Below are positions 18,529 through 27,596 of a stretch of 64,000 nucleotides of DNA, one piece after another. Below the pieces are notes generated by a model. It searched no databases. It was given only the letters and a program-made list of their open reading frames with translations, and was not told the DNA's origin. A program made the position numbers and the translations under genes. The stretch is from Clostridia bacterium (lineage in GTDB: Bacteria; Bacillota; Clostridia; Christensenellales; CAG-917). Position 1 is the first letter of the stretch; every line of letters begins with the position of its first letter. The stretch lies in contig JAFZVB010000014.1 in the NCBI GenBank assembly GCA_017618055.1, positions 71,663-135,662 on the forward strand, in the 5' to 3' direction.

Positions 18529-19602
18529 ATGGCAGATTATTTTAAACAAAGAGAAAAACAAGTCGTTAAACATACAGAATTAATCAAGGAAGATTTGCCT
18601 CCTTTCTGTGATGAGTTTTTTATTGGAGTAGAAGCTAGAACCTCTCCTCTTACTAGACAAGGTTATTCTTACGATTTAAGAATTTTCTTTGATTTCCTTA
18701 CTAAAAAAGTACCACATTTTAAGAATATCGAAATAAAAGATATTATCATCGATGATCTTGAATATGTTACATCCCATGATATTGAACTTTATATCTCTTA
18801 CCTCTCTTATTACAAAATGAATGGCAAAGAATATACTAACCATGAACGTGGAAAAGCTAGAAAAATCTCCACTGTTCGTGCATTTTTTAAGTATTTTTAT
18901 AATAACAACGAACTTTCAAAGGACGTAGCAAGCAAGGTTGCAGTTCCAAAACAACACCAAAAAGATATCATTAGACTCGAAGGAAAAGAATCTAATGACC
19001 TTCTTCAAGCAGCCGAAACTGGTGAAAATATGTCTAAACACCAACACCAAATCCAGAGAAATACTAAATATAGAGATGTTGCTATAATTACTCTATTACT
19101 AGGCACAGGAATCCGTGTTAGCGAACTCGTTGGTCTAAACGTTAAAGATGTAGACTTTAATAATAGAGCTATAACAGTTACTAGAAAAGGTGGAAATGTT
19201 GCTATTTTATACTTCGGAGATGAGGTTGCAGATGCCTTGGCAACATACATAGATACAGAAAGAACTTCTCTTATAAATAGAAGCGAGAAAACAAATAAAG
19301 AAGAAGATGCACTATTCCTCTCTCTACAAATTAAGAGAATTACGGTTAGATCTGTTGAATTATTAGTTAAAAAATATGCCCAAACAGCTACTCCACTTAA
19401 GAAAATTACACCTCATAAACTTAGAAGTACATTCGGTACAAACTTATATAGAGCAACCGGAGATATCTACTTAGTTGCAGACGTTTTGGGACACTCTGAT
19501 ATCAACACAACTACCAAACATTATGCCGCTTTGAAGGAAGATAGCCGTAAAATTGCAGCCCAAGTTACTAAAGTTCATAAGGATGAAGATAATCCTGAAT
19601 AA
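18529..19602 (+). CDS. tyrosine site-specific recombinase (Xer family, XerS-like length and N-terminal domain)
   Basis: 357 aa with the catalytic set in LLLGTGIRVSEL (R), TPHKLRSTF (H-x-x-R) and LGHSDINTTTKHY (H...Y). The N-terminal domain is SAM-like. Confidence 0.85.
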   Translation: MADYFKQREKQVVKHTELIKEDLPPFCDEFFIGVEARTSPLTRQGYSYDLRIFFDFLTKKVPHFKNIEIKDIIIDDLEYVTSHDIELYISYLSYYKMNGKEYTNHERGKARKISTVRAFFKYFYNNNELSKDVASKVAVPKQHQKDIIRLEGKESNDLLQAAETGENMSKHQHQIQRNTKYRDVAIITLLLGTGIRVSELVGLNVKDVDFNNRAITVTRKGGNVAILYFGDEVADALATYIDTERTSLINRSEKTNKEEDALFLSLQIKRITVRSVELLVKKYAQTATPLKKITPHKLRSTFGTNLYRATGDIYLVADVLGHSDINTTTKHYAALKEDSRKIAAQVTKVHKDEDNPE

Positions 19603-19713
19603 AATTATTCAGGATATAATATGCCTTTTTTAAAAATAACTATTACAAAACATTGACTTTTATATAATAGTGATATAAACTTTTAATTGATAATTATTAT
19701 ATAAGGGGTTCTA

Positions 19714-21165
19714 ATGGATATTTCATCTATCAACAGCGATTTAATAAGAGGAAATGTTACAACCATTATTCTTACTTCTTTGTGGAGTAACGACAAATAT
19801 GGTTATGAAATCCTCAAAGAAATCGAGACTCGTTCAGATGGACAATACAACTTAAAACAAGCTACCCTTTATAACCAACTAAAAAGACTAGAAAAACAAG
19901 GTCTTGTCTCCTCTTATGACGGAGATCCAGATGATACTGGTGGTGGTAAAAGACGTTACTTCTCTTTAACTGCAAATGGCAGAAATTATTTAGAACAACA
20001 AAAGAATGAATATGAATATTCTAGAACAATTCTAGATAATTTGATTTCAGACCAAAAGTTTGACTTCACTAAACCTGTTCCATTTAAGGCAGATGAATTA
20101 AGACCTTATTCCCTACATGAAAAGACAGAAAAACCAGAAGTTGTCTATAAAGACAAAATCGTTGAAGTTGAAAAAGTCGTAGAGGTTGAAAAGGTCGTAG
20201 AAAAGAAATCTTTCTTAGATTTAGAAGGTAATGAAATTTCAGAAGAAGAATTCAACGAATTAAAAGCAAAACTCCAAGAAGAAGCTAATAGACCAAAGCC
20301 ACAAAAGACTTTGGAGGAAGTATTTGCAGACTTAGAACAAGAAAAACAAGAGGAACAACAACCTCAACAATCCACTTCTCAAGCAAGAATCGAAGCTATT
20401 CTAAGTCAATATGAGAAAAAAGTTCAGCAAGAAGAATATGCTCCACAAGATGAAGAAGTATATGATACTTCTAACCAAATAGTTGGCGAAGATGGAACTA
20501 TTGCTATTCCTAATAAGAGAACCGAAGCATTTGAATATGAGACAAATAACGTTGATTATGAAGACTTCTTCTCTACAATCCGTTCTAAAGAAACAGATGA
20601 GGAAACACCTATTGCTGAATCTCAACCTAAGAAGACAGCAAATTCTGTTGCAGGTAGAGACTTAAAGACAAGACTTTATGCAGAAGGTTTTAAACTTAGA
20701 CCTTATTCTAGAGCAAGTACATCTGAATACTACTCTTTCAACTTTATTCAATCTAATGTAATTAACAGAGATACATGGTTAATAATGATGGCAATATTTG
20801 CTGTAGAAATGGCAATATTCTGGGTTTCATTATATAAAGTAATCCCATATTCATACTTCTTACCTATATTGGTAGTTGGTATTGCACTATGCTTAATTCC
20901 ATTCATTATTTGCTTTATTAATCCATCTAAACGATCTAGAGCAAACTATAATTTCAAAATATCTATTTTGAATAGGTCCATGTTCTTCGTTGAATTAACA
21001 GTATTTATGGCACTTATTGGATTCTTTGCAATTGGAGCAAATGTTAATGATATTAAGTCTATTTTGATGAGTATTATTATTCCATCTGTTATATTCCTAA
21101 ACCTTCCAATAAGCTCCGTAGTGTACTATTTACTCTACAGAACAAAGAAATATCACGTTGCGTAA
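19714..21165 (+). CDS. PadR-family wHTH protein with a long acidic/Q-rich linker and a C-terminal multi-TM domain
   Basis: 483 aa with an N-terminal PadR signature (DKYGYEILKEI...LYNQLKRLEKQGLV), a low-complexity E/K/Q middle region, and 4-5 hydrophobic helices in the last ~130 aa. Confidence 0.7.
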   Translation: MDISSINSDLIRGNVTTIILTSLWSNDKYGYEILKEIETRSDGQYNLKQATLYNQLKRLEKQGLVSSYDGDPDDTGGGKRRYFSLTANGRNYLEQQKNEYEYSRTILDNLISDQKFDFTKPVPFKADELRPYSLHEKTEKPEVVYKDKIVEVEKVVEVEKVVEKKSFLDLEGNEISEEEFNELKAKLQEEANRPKPQKTLEEVFADLEQEKQEEQQPQQSTSQARIEAILSQYEKKVQQEEYAPQDEEVYDTSNQIVGEDGTIAIPNKRTEAFEYETNNVDYEDFFSTIRSKETDEETPIAESQPKKTANSVAGRDLKTRLYAEGFKLRPYSRASTSEYYSFNFIQSNVINRDTWLIMMAIFAVEMAIFWVSLYKVIPYSYFLPILVVGIALCLIPFIICFINPSKRSRANYNFKISILNRSMFFVELTVFMALIGFFAIGANVNDIKSILMSIIIPSVIFLNLPISSVVYYLLYRTKKYHVA

Positions 21166-21169
21166 AAAT

Positions 21170-21207
21170 AAAAAACCCAAGACCACGAAAAGTGATTTTG
21201 GGCTTTT
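21170..21207. terminator. Bidirectional terminator between the PadR-like gene and tRNA-Trp
   Basis: An imperfect ~10-bp stem (CCCAAGA.CAC / GTG.TTTTGGG) is flanked by an A-run on the left and CTTTTT on the right. Confidence 0.55.
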
Positions 21208-21284
21208 TGGCAGGGGAGACGCGAATCGAACACGCAACCGACGGTTTTGGAGACCGCTACTCTACCTAATTGAGCTACTCCCCT
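21208..21284 (-). tRNA. tRNA-Trp (CCA)
   Basis: The reverse complement is AGGGGAGTAGCTCAATTAGGTAGAGTAGCGGTCTCCAAAACCGTCGG...TTCGATTCG...CTCCCCTGCCA. Confidence 0.95.
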
Positions 21285-21295
21285 AAGCGAAAAAC

Positions 21296-21325
21296 ATTAT
21301 ACTTGAACAAAAACGTAAAAGTCAA
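21296..21325 (-). promoter_or_regulatory. Candidate promoter of tRNA-Trp
   Basis: The minus strand reads TTGACT-N18-TATAAT about 11 nt upstream of the tRNA 5' end. Confidence 0.5.
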
Positions 21326-21354
21326 TAAATAAAAGACTATTACTAGGAGATAAA

Positions 21355-22152
21355 ATGAAAAATATTTATAAACTTGGAATTATCGGTGCAGGAAATATGG
21401 CTACGGCTATATTAAATGGTATTTTAAACAGCTCTCTACTCTCACCTAATAATATTATTATTAGCGATATAGATGATGCTAAATTAGATGTACTTAAAGC
21501 AAAAGGCGTTAATACAACAAAAGATAATATATATCTTGCTTCAAATTCAGAATATATACTCTTTGCAGTCAAACCACAATCCTCTCAAGAAATTCTAAGC
21601 AATATCTCCTCTGCAATTTCATGTAATTGCGTTATTTCCATTATGGCTGGAGTAACAATTAAGAAACTTCAATCCTTCTTAGGAGAAAGAAACTACGCTA
21701 GAATTATGCCAAATACACCAGTATTTGTTAACGAAGGAATGTCTGTTGTTTCATTCTCTGAAGGTTTTAGAGATGATTTTGTACTAAATATATTTAAATG
21801 TATAGGAAAAGTTATAGAACTAGACGAAAGTTTCTTAAATAGCGTTACTGCCCTTTCTGGATCTGGCCCAGCATACGTATATATGTTTATAAAGGCATTA
21901 ATAGATGGTGGCGTTAAATGTGGTTTAGATGAAGAAACTGCAAAAACACTTGCTATTCAAACTGTTATAGGATCTGCAAAGATGGTAGAAAAGTCTCCAC
22001 TAGACATAGATACATTAATTAATAATGTATGCTCTAAAGGTGGAACAACTATCCAAGCAGTTAATAGTTATAAAGAAGATGATTTAGAAGGCATCGTTAT
22101 TAAAGGCATGGAAAAATGCAAAGCAAGAGCCGAGGAATTAGGTAAAGAATGA
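21355..22152 (+). CDS. proC: pyrroline-5-carboxylate reductase
   Basis: 265 aa with N-terminal NADP-binding GIIGAGNMA and the C-terminal signature GGTTIQA. Confidence 0.9.
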   Translation: MKNIYKLGIIGAGNMATAILNGILNSSLLSPNNIIISDIDDAKLDVLKAKGVNTTKDNIYLASNSEYILFAVKPQSSQEILSNISSAISCNCVISIMAGVTIKKLQSFLGERNYARIMPNTPVFVNEGMSVVSFSEGFRDDFVLNIFKCIGKVIELDESFLNSVTALSGSGPAYVYMFIKALIDGGVKCGLDEETAKTLAIQTVIGSAKMVEKSPLDIDTLINNVCSKGGTTIQAVNSYKEDDLEGIVIKGMEKCKARAEELGKE

Positions 22153-22625
22153 AAGATATAGAAATGTATACAGATGGAGCCTGTTCTGGTAATCCAGGAC
22201 CTGGTGGTTGGGGCGTTGTTCTTATCTATAAGAACCATATTAAAGAATTGTCTGGCGCTGAAGACAATACAACCAACAACAGAATGGAACTTACAGCCAT
22301 TATAAAGGCTTTTGAGGCACTTAAAGAAAAGTGTAATATAAAGTTATATTCTGATAGTTCCTATTCCTTAAATCCGTTTTTACAAGGTTGGATTGCACAA
22401 TGGCAAATGAATGGCTGGAGAAGTTTAAGCAAATCCCCTGTTAAGAATGTAGACCTTTGGGAAAAATTAATAGATTTAATGCAAGGTCATAATGTTGAAA
22501 TGATCTGGGTTAAAGGTCATGCAGAAAACAAATATAATAATAGATGTGATGAACTTGCTAGAAAGGCTATCGATTCTCTTCCAAAAACAACCGAGATTAT
22601 ACCTCCAAACACAGATGAACAATAA
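22149..22625 (+). CDS. rnhA: ribonuclease HI
   Basis: 158 aa. MYTDGACSGNPGPGGWG, the NNRMEL context and the CDELAR context match the DEDD catalytic set. It overlaps proC by 4 nt. Confidence 0.9.
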   Translation: MKDIEMYTDGACSGNPGPGGWGVVLIYKNHIKELSGAEDNTTNNRMELTAIIKAFEALKEKCNIKLYSDSSYSLNPFLQGWIAQWQMNGWRSLSKSPVKNVDLWEKLIDLMQGHNVEMIWVKGHAENKYNNRCDELARKAIDSLPKTTEIIPPNTDEQ

Positions 22626-22646
22626 AACTTAATTTATATAAATTAA

Positions 22647-22680
22647 AATGTGGTGCCGATTTGACACCACATTATTTTTA
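22647..22680. terminator. Bidirectional terminator between convergent rnhA and ispH::S1
   Basis: Perfect 9-bp stem AATGTGGTG / CACCACATT with a 9-nt loop and T-rich tracts on both sides. Confidence 0.7.
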
Positions 22681-22698
22681 TAAGTTCTTTTGGGCGGA

Positions 22699-25020
22699 TT
22701 ATTTTTCGTCCTTTGGGAAGTTCTTAAGTAAGTCTGCAAATGCTGTTGTGCTAGAATTACCAGAAATGAATTCTGTTGGTTCTTCAGGCTTCTCTTCCTT
22801 TTCTTTCTTTGCTCTTGGCTTCTTTGTTTGTGCACCTTCTGCTCTTTCTTCGAACTTCTTTGTTCTAGATGCTTTTGCTGGTTTCTTAGCTTCTGCACCT
22901 TCTGCACCCTCTTCTGCCTTAACTTCTTCTTTAACTTCTGGCTCTGGAAGTAATGCTTTGATAGAAAGTGTTATCTTGTTTCCTTCAAAGGAAATAATCT
23001 TTGCTTCAACTTCTTGTCCTTCTTTAAGAACTGTTCTTGCGTCCTTTACAAATTCGTGTGCGATTTGTGATGCGTGTACTAATCCGTCTACACCTTCATC
23101 AATACCAATGAATGCACCATATTCGAAGACTTTTTCAACTTTTCCCTTAATTGTGGATCCAACTGGATGATCTTCAGCTGCTTTTTCATATGGCTTCTTG
23201 AACAATTGTTTGTATCCAAGAGAAACCTTGTTGTTAGCTCTGTCTAACTTGAGAACAACGAAATCATATTCTTTGTTTCTTTCGAGAACTTCTTCTGGCT
23301 TTGTAACTTTTCTCCAGCTTAATTCACTTACATGTGCTAAGCAGTCTTTACCCTTAACCTTAACAAATGCACCAAATTCTGAGAATCTTTCAACTTTTCC
23401 TCTTACTACTTCTTTTTCACTTACTGTATTCCAGAAATTGTCTTCTATTTCTTGTTGTTCTGCTTTCTTTGCTTTAGCAATTCCGCTAGTTGCAGATGCA
23501 ACTAATGATTTTGGTAATCTATCTTCCATTGTCCATGGTTCTTCAACTATCTCATATTCTGTCTTCTCTGTTGTTGTTCCATCTTCCAATGTTTCTGTCT
23601 TTGTAACAGGTTTTTTGATTCTCTTTGGTAAGAGTTCAAGAGTTAATGTCTTTCCAACATATTCTTCAAGCTTAACCTTCTTCTTTTTGCCATATTCAAC
23701 TTGGCTTGCTGGAACAAATACATCAAAATAATTATTTAATTTTCCTCTTAATCCAAGACCCTTTTCATCTACTGAATCAATTCTTACATCAAATGTTCCG
23801 TTGATAATTTGTTCTTTGAGTTGTTCATCATTGAACTTCTTCTCGTCAACTCTCTTCTTAGAAAGAATAACGTTCTCTTTACCTGTATCTATAATAATTG
23901 CTTGGAATTTGTCTCCAAGTTTGTAATCTGCTTTGTCATATGTTCCATCCAAGGATAATTCGGACTTATCAATAAATCCGTCTTTCTTTCCACCGAGACT
24001 TACATATATACCATCTTCAGCGATTTTGATTACAGTACATGTGAACTTTCTTCCAACAATGTATTGTGCAAAACTTCTATCAATGTATTTCTCATAGTCA
24101 GCCATTGATTCTTCTGTGCTAGCAGTTGTTTCTACTGCCTTTGTTTCTTCTGCAGTCTTTTTAATTTCTTCTGACATAGACTGTACAACCTCCTCGATCA
24201 ACCACGGTGGTGTGCTTGCTCCTCCCGTAATTGCAATGCTATTTTTTTGCTTCCTTAATTTTTTATATATTTCCTCGATGTCACTCTTGCTTTCACAAAA
24301 ATAGGTTTCTTTGTTTATGCGTTTTGCGACTTCGAACAAATTTTTCGTGTTAGAACTTCGCTTGTCTCCAATGACTATTACCACATCATTTGAGGTCGCT
24401 AAAGAAGAAATATCTTCTTGTTGTTGCTTAGTAGTATAACAAACAGTATTGTAAATGACAAACGTTTTACCGGAAAAAATAGGGCTAATTTTTAAAAAAT
24501 TACTTACTTTTTCCACATTTTCAGGCAAAATCGTGGTTTGGAACACTATTGAAACTGGTTTTTCACCAATTTTTATGCTTTCATACTCTGCAACTGGAAC
24601 TACATCAACTTTGGTAGTTGAATAGGTCTTAGAAGCTATTACTTCATCATGATTTGGGTTTCCAATAATGATAATCTCATCCCCAAGCGCGCTTCTTTCC
24701 TCGATAATATTGTGTATTTTTTTAACAACAGGACAGGTTAAGTCAAAAACCTCTACTCCATTTTCCTTTAGTGTTTCGATTAGTCCTTTCTCAACCCCAC
24801 CTGCTTTGATAATGGCAATACCTTCTTTTAAGGATTTGGCATCTTCTTGGGATATAACCTCAACTTTTTGCTCTTGCAACTTCTTAACAACACTTTCATT
24901 GTGTACAAGCTCTCCAACCATATAAACTTTCTTATAGTCTTTTGCTATTTCTACACTACGATTATATGCTGTTTTTACACCATTGCAAAAACCGGCTGTC
25001 TTGGCTACAGTTATTATCAT
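22699..25020 (-). CDS. ispH: bifunctional IspH (HMBPP reductase) / ribosomal protein S1 fusion with a K/E/A-rich C-terminal tail
   Basis: 773 aa. The N-terminal ~285 aa are LytB/IspH (TAGFCNGV..., GGASTPPWLIEEV). Four S1 (OB) repeats follow, such as GRKFTCTVIKIAEDGIYVSLG and GKVERFSEFGAFVKV. This fusion is known in Clostridia-like genomes. Confidence 0.9.
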   Translation of the reverse strand: MIITVAKTAGFCNGVKTAYNRSVEIAKDYKKVYMVGELVHNESVVKKLQEQKVEVISQEDAKSLKEGIAIIKAGGVEKGLIETLKENGVEVFDLTCPVVKKIHNIIEERSALGDEIIIIGNPNHDEVIASKTYSTTKVDVVPVAEYESIKIGEKPVSIVFQTTILPENVEKVSNFLKISPIFSGKTFVIYNTVCYTTKQQQEDISSLATSNDVVIVIGDKRSSNTKNLFEVAKRINKETYFCESKSDIEEIYKKLRKQKNSIAITGGASTPPWLIEEVVQSMSEEIKKTAEETKAVETTASTEESMADYEKYIDRSFAQYIVGRKFTCTVIKIAEDGIYVSLGGKKDGFIDKSELSLDGTYDKADYKLGDKFQAIIIDTGKENVILSKKRVDEKKFNDEQLKEQIINGTFDVRIDSVDEKGLGLRGKLNNYFDVFVPASQVEYGKKKKVKLEEYVGKTLTLELLPKRIKKPVTKTETLEDGTTTEKTEYEIVEEPWTMEDRLPKSLVASATSGIAKAKKAEQQEIEDNFWNTVSEKEVVRGKVERFSEFGAFVKVKGKDCLAHVSELSWRKVTKPEEVLERNKEYDFVVLKLDRANNKVSLGYKQLFKKPYEKAAEDHPVGSTIKGKVEKVFEYGAFIGIDEGVDGLVHASQIAHEFVKDARTVLKEGQEVEAKIISFEGNKITLSIKALLPEPEVKEEVKAEEGAEGAEAKKPAKASRTKKFEERAEGAQTKKPRAKKEKEEKPEEPTEFISGNSSTTAFADLLKNFPKDEK

Positions 25021-25691
25021 TTTTCAGTATCTAACCCCTTCTTTTTCTGTTTTGCAAACATTTTTGGGTTATTTTCTTCTACCCATTTATTGCACAATTC
25101 TCTAGTCTCTACCATCTTGTCATAGACCTTTTGTGTGGCTCTTTCAAATGCATCCTGAGATCTGTCTCCGTAGAACTCGGAAAGGTCAAATGGTTCTCCA
25201 ATATATAGATAGTTTCTATGGAATGTTTTGTGTTTTTTAAAATAAATCATTGGGAGAATAGGCTTTTGTGTCTTTAAAGCAAATCTTGCACATCCTTGCT
25301 TGAATTCTCTCATCTGCTCTGTTCCTGCTTTATTTCTTGTTCCTTCTGGATACATAGAAAGTATCTTGTTATTCCTCAAAACTGTAAGAACAGCCTTTGT
25401 AGCCTCTATATCAGCTTCTCCTCTCTTAATTGGAATAGCACCACAACTTCTTAAGAACTTATTGGCAAACTTGTTTTGGAAAGCTTCAGCTTTTGCAAGA
25501 ACGTGTATTTCTTTTTTGTACAATTGACCAATTTGAATAAGAGTGTCTTGGATTGCATAGTGATTACAAATAACTATACCACCCTCTGGCAACATCTTTT
25601 CAAAGAAATATTCTTTGTTGATAATCTTTGTTGGCCATAGCATTGCAACAAATGGCTTTGCTACGCATCTACAGAATCTATATAGTGACAT
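25017..25691 (-). CDS. plsC: 1-acyl-sn-glycerol-3-phosphate acyltransferase
   Basis: 224 aa with acyltransferase motifs CNHYAIQD (NHxxxxD) and YPEGTRN. Confidence 0.85.
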   Translation of the reverse strand: MSLYRFCRCVAKPFVAMLWPTKIINKEYFFEKMLPEGGIVICNHYAIQDTLIQIGQLYKKEIHVLAKAEAFQNKFANKFLRSCGAIPIKRGEADIEATKAVLTVLRNNKILSMYPEGTRNKAGTEQMREFKQGCARFALKTQKPILPMIYFKKHKTFHRNYLYIGEPFDLSEFYGDRSQDAFERATQKVYDKMVETRELCNKWVEENNPKMFAKQKKKGLDTEK

Positions 25692-26365
25692 TATTTTACT
25701 TTCTCCTTTACGATCTCGATAACTTTATCTGCAACTTGTTCGATAGTTAAATCAGATGTATCTAGGAAATATGCATCCTCTGCTTGCTTAAGCGGAGCAA
25801 TCTCTCTATGTGAATCGTTATAGTCTCTTTGGATTATATCCTTTAAGAGTGCTTCATAATCTACAACTTGTCCTTTTGCCTCGAGTTCCAACTTTCTTCT
25901 TGTTGCTCTTACTTCTGCTTGTGCTGTAAGGAAGAACTTGCAGTTTGCCTTTGGCAAAACGAATGTTCCAATGTCTCTTCCGTCCAATACAACGTCATGA
26001 GAAAGTGCGAATTCTCTTTGTAAGTCAACAAGCTTATATCTTACACAACCGTGCTTAGAAACGTCTGAGGCTGCTTTAGACATATAATGTTCACGAAGGA
26101 ATGGAGTTGTGTTAAATCCGTTAATTAAGATTTGTTGTTCGCCATTTTCAAATACTATATCCATCTTTACATCTGGAAGTAATGGCTCAACTTGCTTCTC
26201 ATCCTCTACATTTACATTGTTTTTAAGGCACCAATATGCAAGTGCTCTGTACATTGCACCAGTATCTAGGTATATAATACCCATTTTCTTTGCAACAATT
26301 TTTGCTATTGTGCTCTTTCCTGCTCCTGCAGGTCCGTCTATTGCTATATTAATCATGGTTGTCAC
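25691..26365 (-). CDS. cmk: cytidylate kinase
   Basis: 224 aa with the P-loop IAIDGPAGAGKST and the typical YLDTGAMYR. Confidence 0.95.
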   Translation of the reverse strand: MTTMINIAIDGPAGAGKSTIAKIVAKKMGIIYLDTGAMYRALAYWCLKNNVNVEDEKQVEPLLPDVKMDIVFENGEQQILINGFNTTPFLREHYMSKAASDVSKHGCVRYKLVDLQREFALSHDVVLDGRDIGTFVLPKANCKFFLTAQAEVRATRRKLELEAKGQVVDYEALLKDIIQRDYNDSHREIAPLKQAEDAYFLDTSDLTIEQVADKVIEIVKEKVK

Positions 26366-26369
26366 CCTC

Positions 26370-27596
26370 CTAATTGTTCTTAATTATTGCATTTGCAGCA
26401 ACATATGCTGTAGAAAATGCTATTTGAAGATTAAATCCACCTGTAAATGCATCTACATCTATAACCTCTCCAGCAAAATATAGTCCGTTTACCAACTTGC
26501 TTTCCATGGTTCCTGGATTAATCTCTGTTGTCTCTACACCACCACTAGTTACTGTGGCAGACTCTATGGAAGAAATCTTTTTTACATTGAACTTAAGTCC
26601 TTTTAGTGCCTTAATTAGTCTAATTCTTTCTTCCTTTGTAATGTTGTTCACTTTCTTACTCGGATCTATTCCAGCTTCTTTTAATACATAAAGTATTAAT
26701 CTTTCTGGTAAAAGTTCTTTCATTACGTTTTTAATATCTAAATTCTTGGCTATGTCAAACTCTCTTAATAATCTTGCATTCAGTTGTTCTTCATCCAATG
26801 CAGGTTTGAGATCCAATACCAAAGAAACATTGTCTAATCTGTTTATTAAAGAAGAAATTGTTAAAACAATAGGTCCTGAAATGCCATCATCTGTGAATAA
26901 CATCTCACCAAACTCACTAGCAACTCTCTTAGTTGTGTATGCATGTAATTTTACGTTCTTAAGAGATATTCCTTCTAGTGCCTTTACATCCTCTTTTAAA
27001 ACTATGGAATTTAGTGCTGGGACAGGTGCTACAATACTGTGTCCAAACTTCTTTGCAAAGGTATAACCATCCCCAGTAGAACCAGTTAAAGGATAAGACA
27101 TCCCACCAGTGCAAATTAGAACATTTCGTGCATCTAACCACTTGTTTTTTCCATATTCAATATGGAATACATCTTCATTTTTAGTTATATTTGTGACTTC
27201 GGAATCCACTTCCACATTAACTTTAAGAGCTTTAACTTCTCCTCTTAATGCATCTGTTATAGACGCAGATTTTCCACTCTTTGGGAATACTCTATTTCCT
27301 CTTTCTACAACTAGTTCTACACCTAAATCTTCAAAGAAAGACATAGTGTCTTGTGGTGTGAATTTATACATTGCACTTCTAAGGAATTTAGAACCGTTAA
27401 CAACATTGTTTAAAACTTCTTGTGGCAAAGTGTCATTGGTTAGGTTACATCTTCCCTTACCAGTTATATAGACTTTTTTACATGTTTTCTCGCTTTTTTC
27501 GAGTATAGTGGTTTCTACACCTGCTCTTGCAAGCAAGATTGCAGCAAACATACCACTTGCTCCTCCACCTATAATACATGTATTAACTATTGCCAT
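26370..27596 (-). CDS. NAD(P)/FAD-dependent oxidoreductase, HI0933/YhiN/BaiN-like flavoprotein
   Basis: 408 aa with N-terminal IIGGGASGMFAA and a C-terminal GG(F/Y)N-type motif (DAFTGGFNLQIAF). Confidence 0.8.
   Translation of the reverse strand: MAIVNTCIIGGGASGMFAAILLARAGVETTILEKSEKTCKKVYITGKGRCNLTNDTLPQEVLNNVVNGSKFLRSAMYKFTPQDTMSFFEDLGVELVVERGNRVFPKSGKSASITDALRGEVKALKVNVEVDSEVTNITKNEDVFHIEYGKNKWLDARNVLICTGGMSYPLTGSTGDGYTFAKKFGHSIVAPVPALNSIVLKEDVKALEGISLKNVKLHAYTTKRVASEFGEMLFTDDGISGPIVLTISSLINRLDNVSLVLDLKPALDEEQLNARLLREFDIAKNLDIKNVMKELLPERLILYVLKEAGIDPSKKVNNITKEERIRLIKALKGLKFNVKKISSIESATVTSGGVETTEINPGTMESKLVNGLYFAGEVIDVDAFTGGFNLQIAFSTAYVAANAIIKNN

Noticed and set aside
17741-21284. Integrative element inserted at a tRNA gene, suggested by the recombinase next to the tRNA cluster
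   Set aside because: The recombinase faces the 5' side of tRNA-Pro, not a tRNA 3' end. I could not find a duplicated tRNA 3' segment (att repeat) anywhere between 18323 and 22700. The cargo consists of proC and rnhA, which are housekeeping genes.
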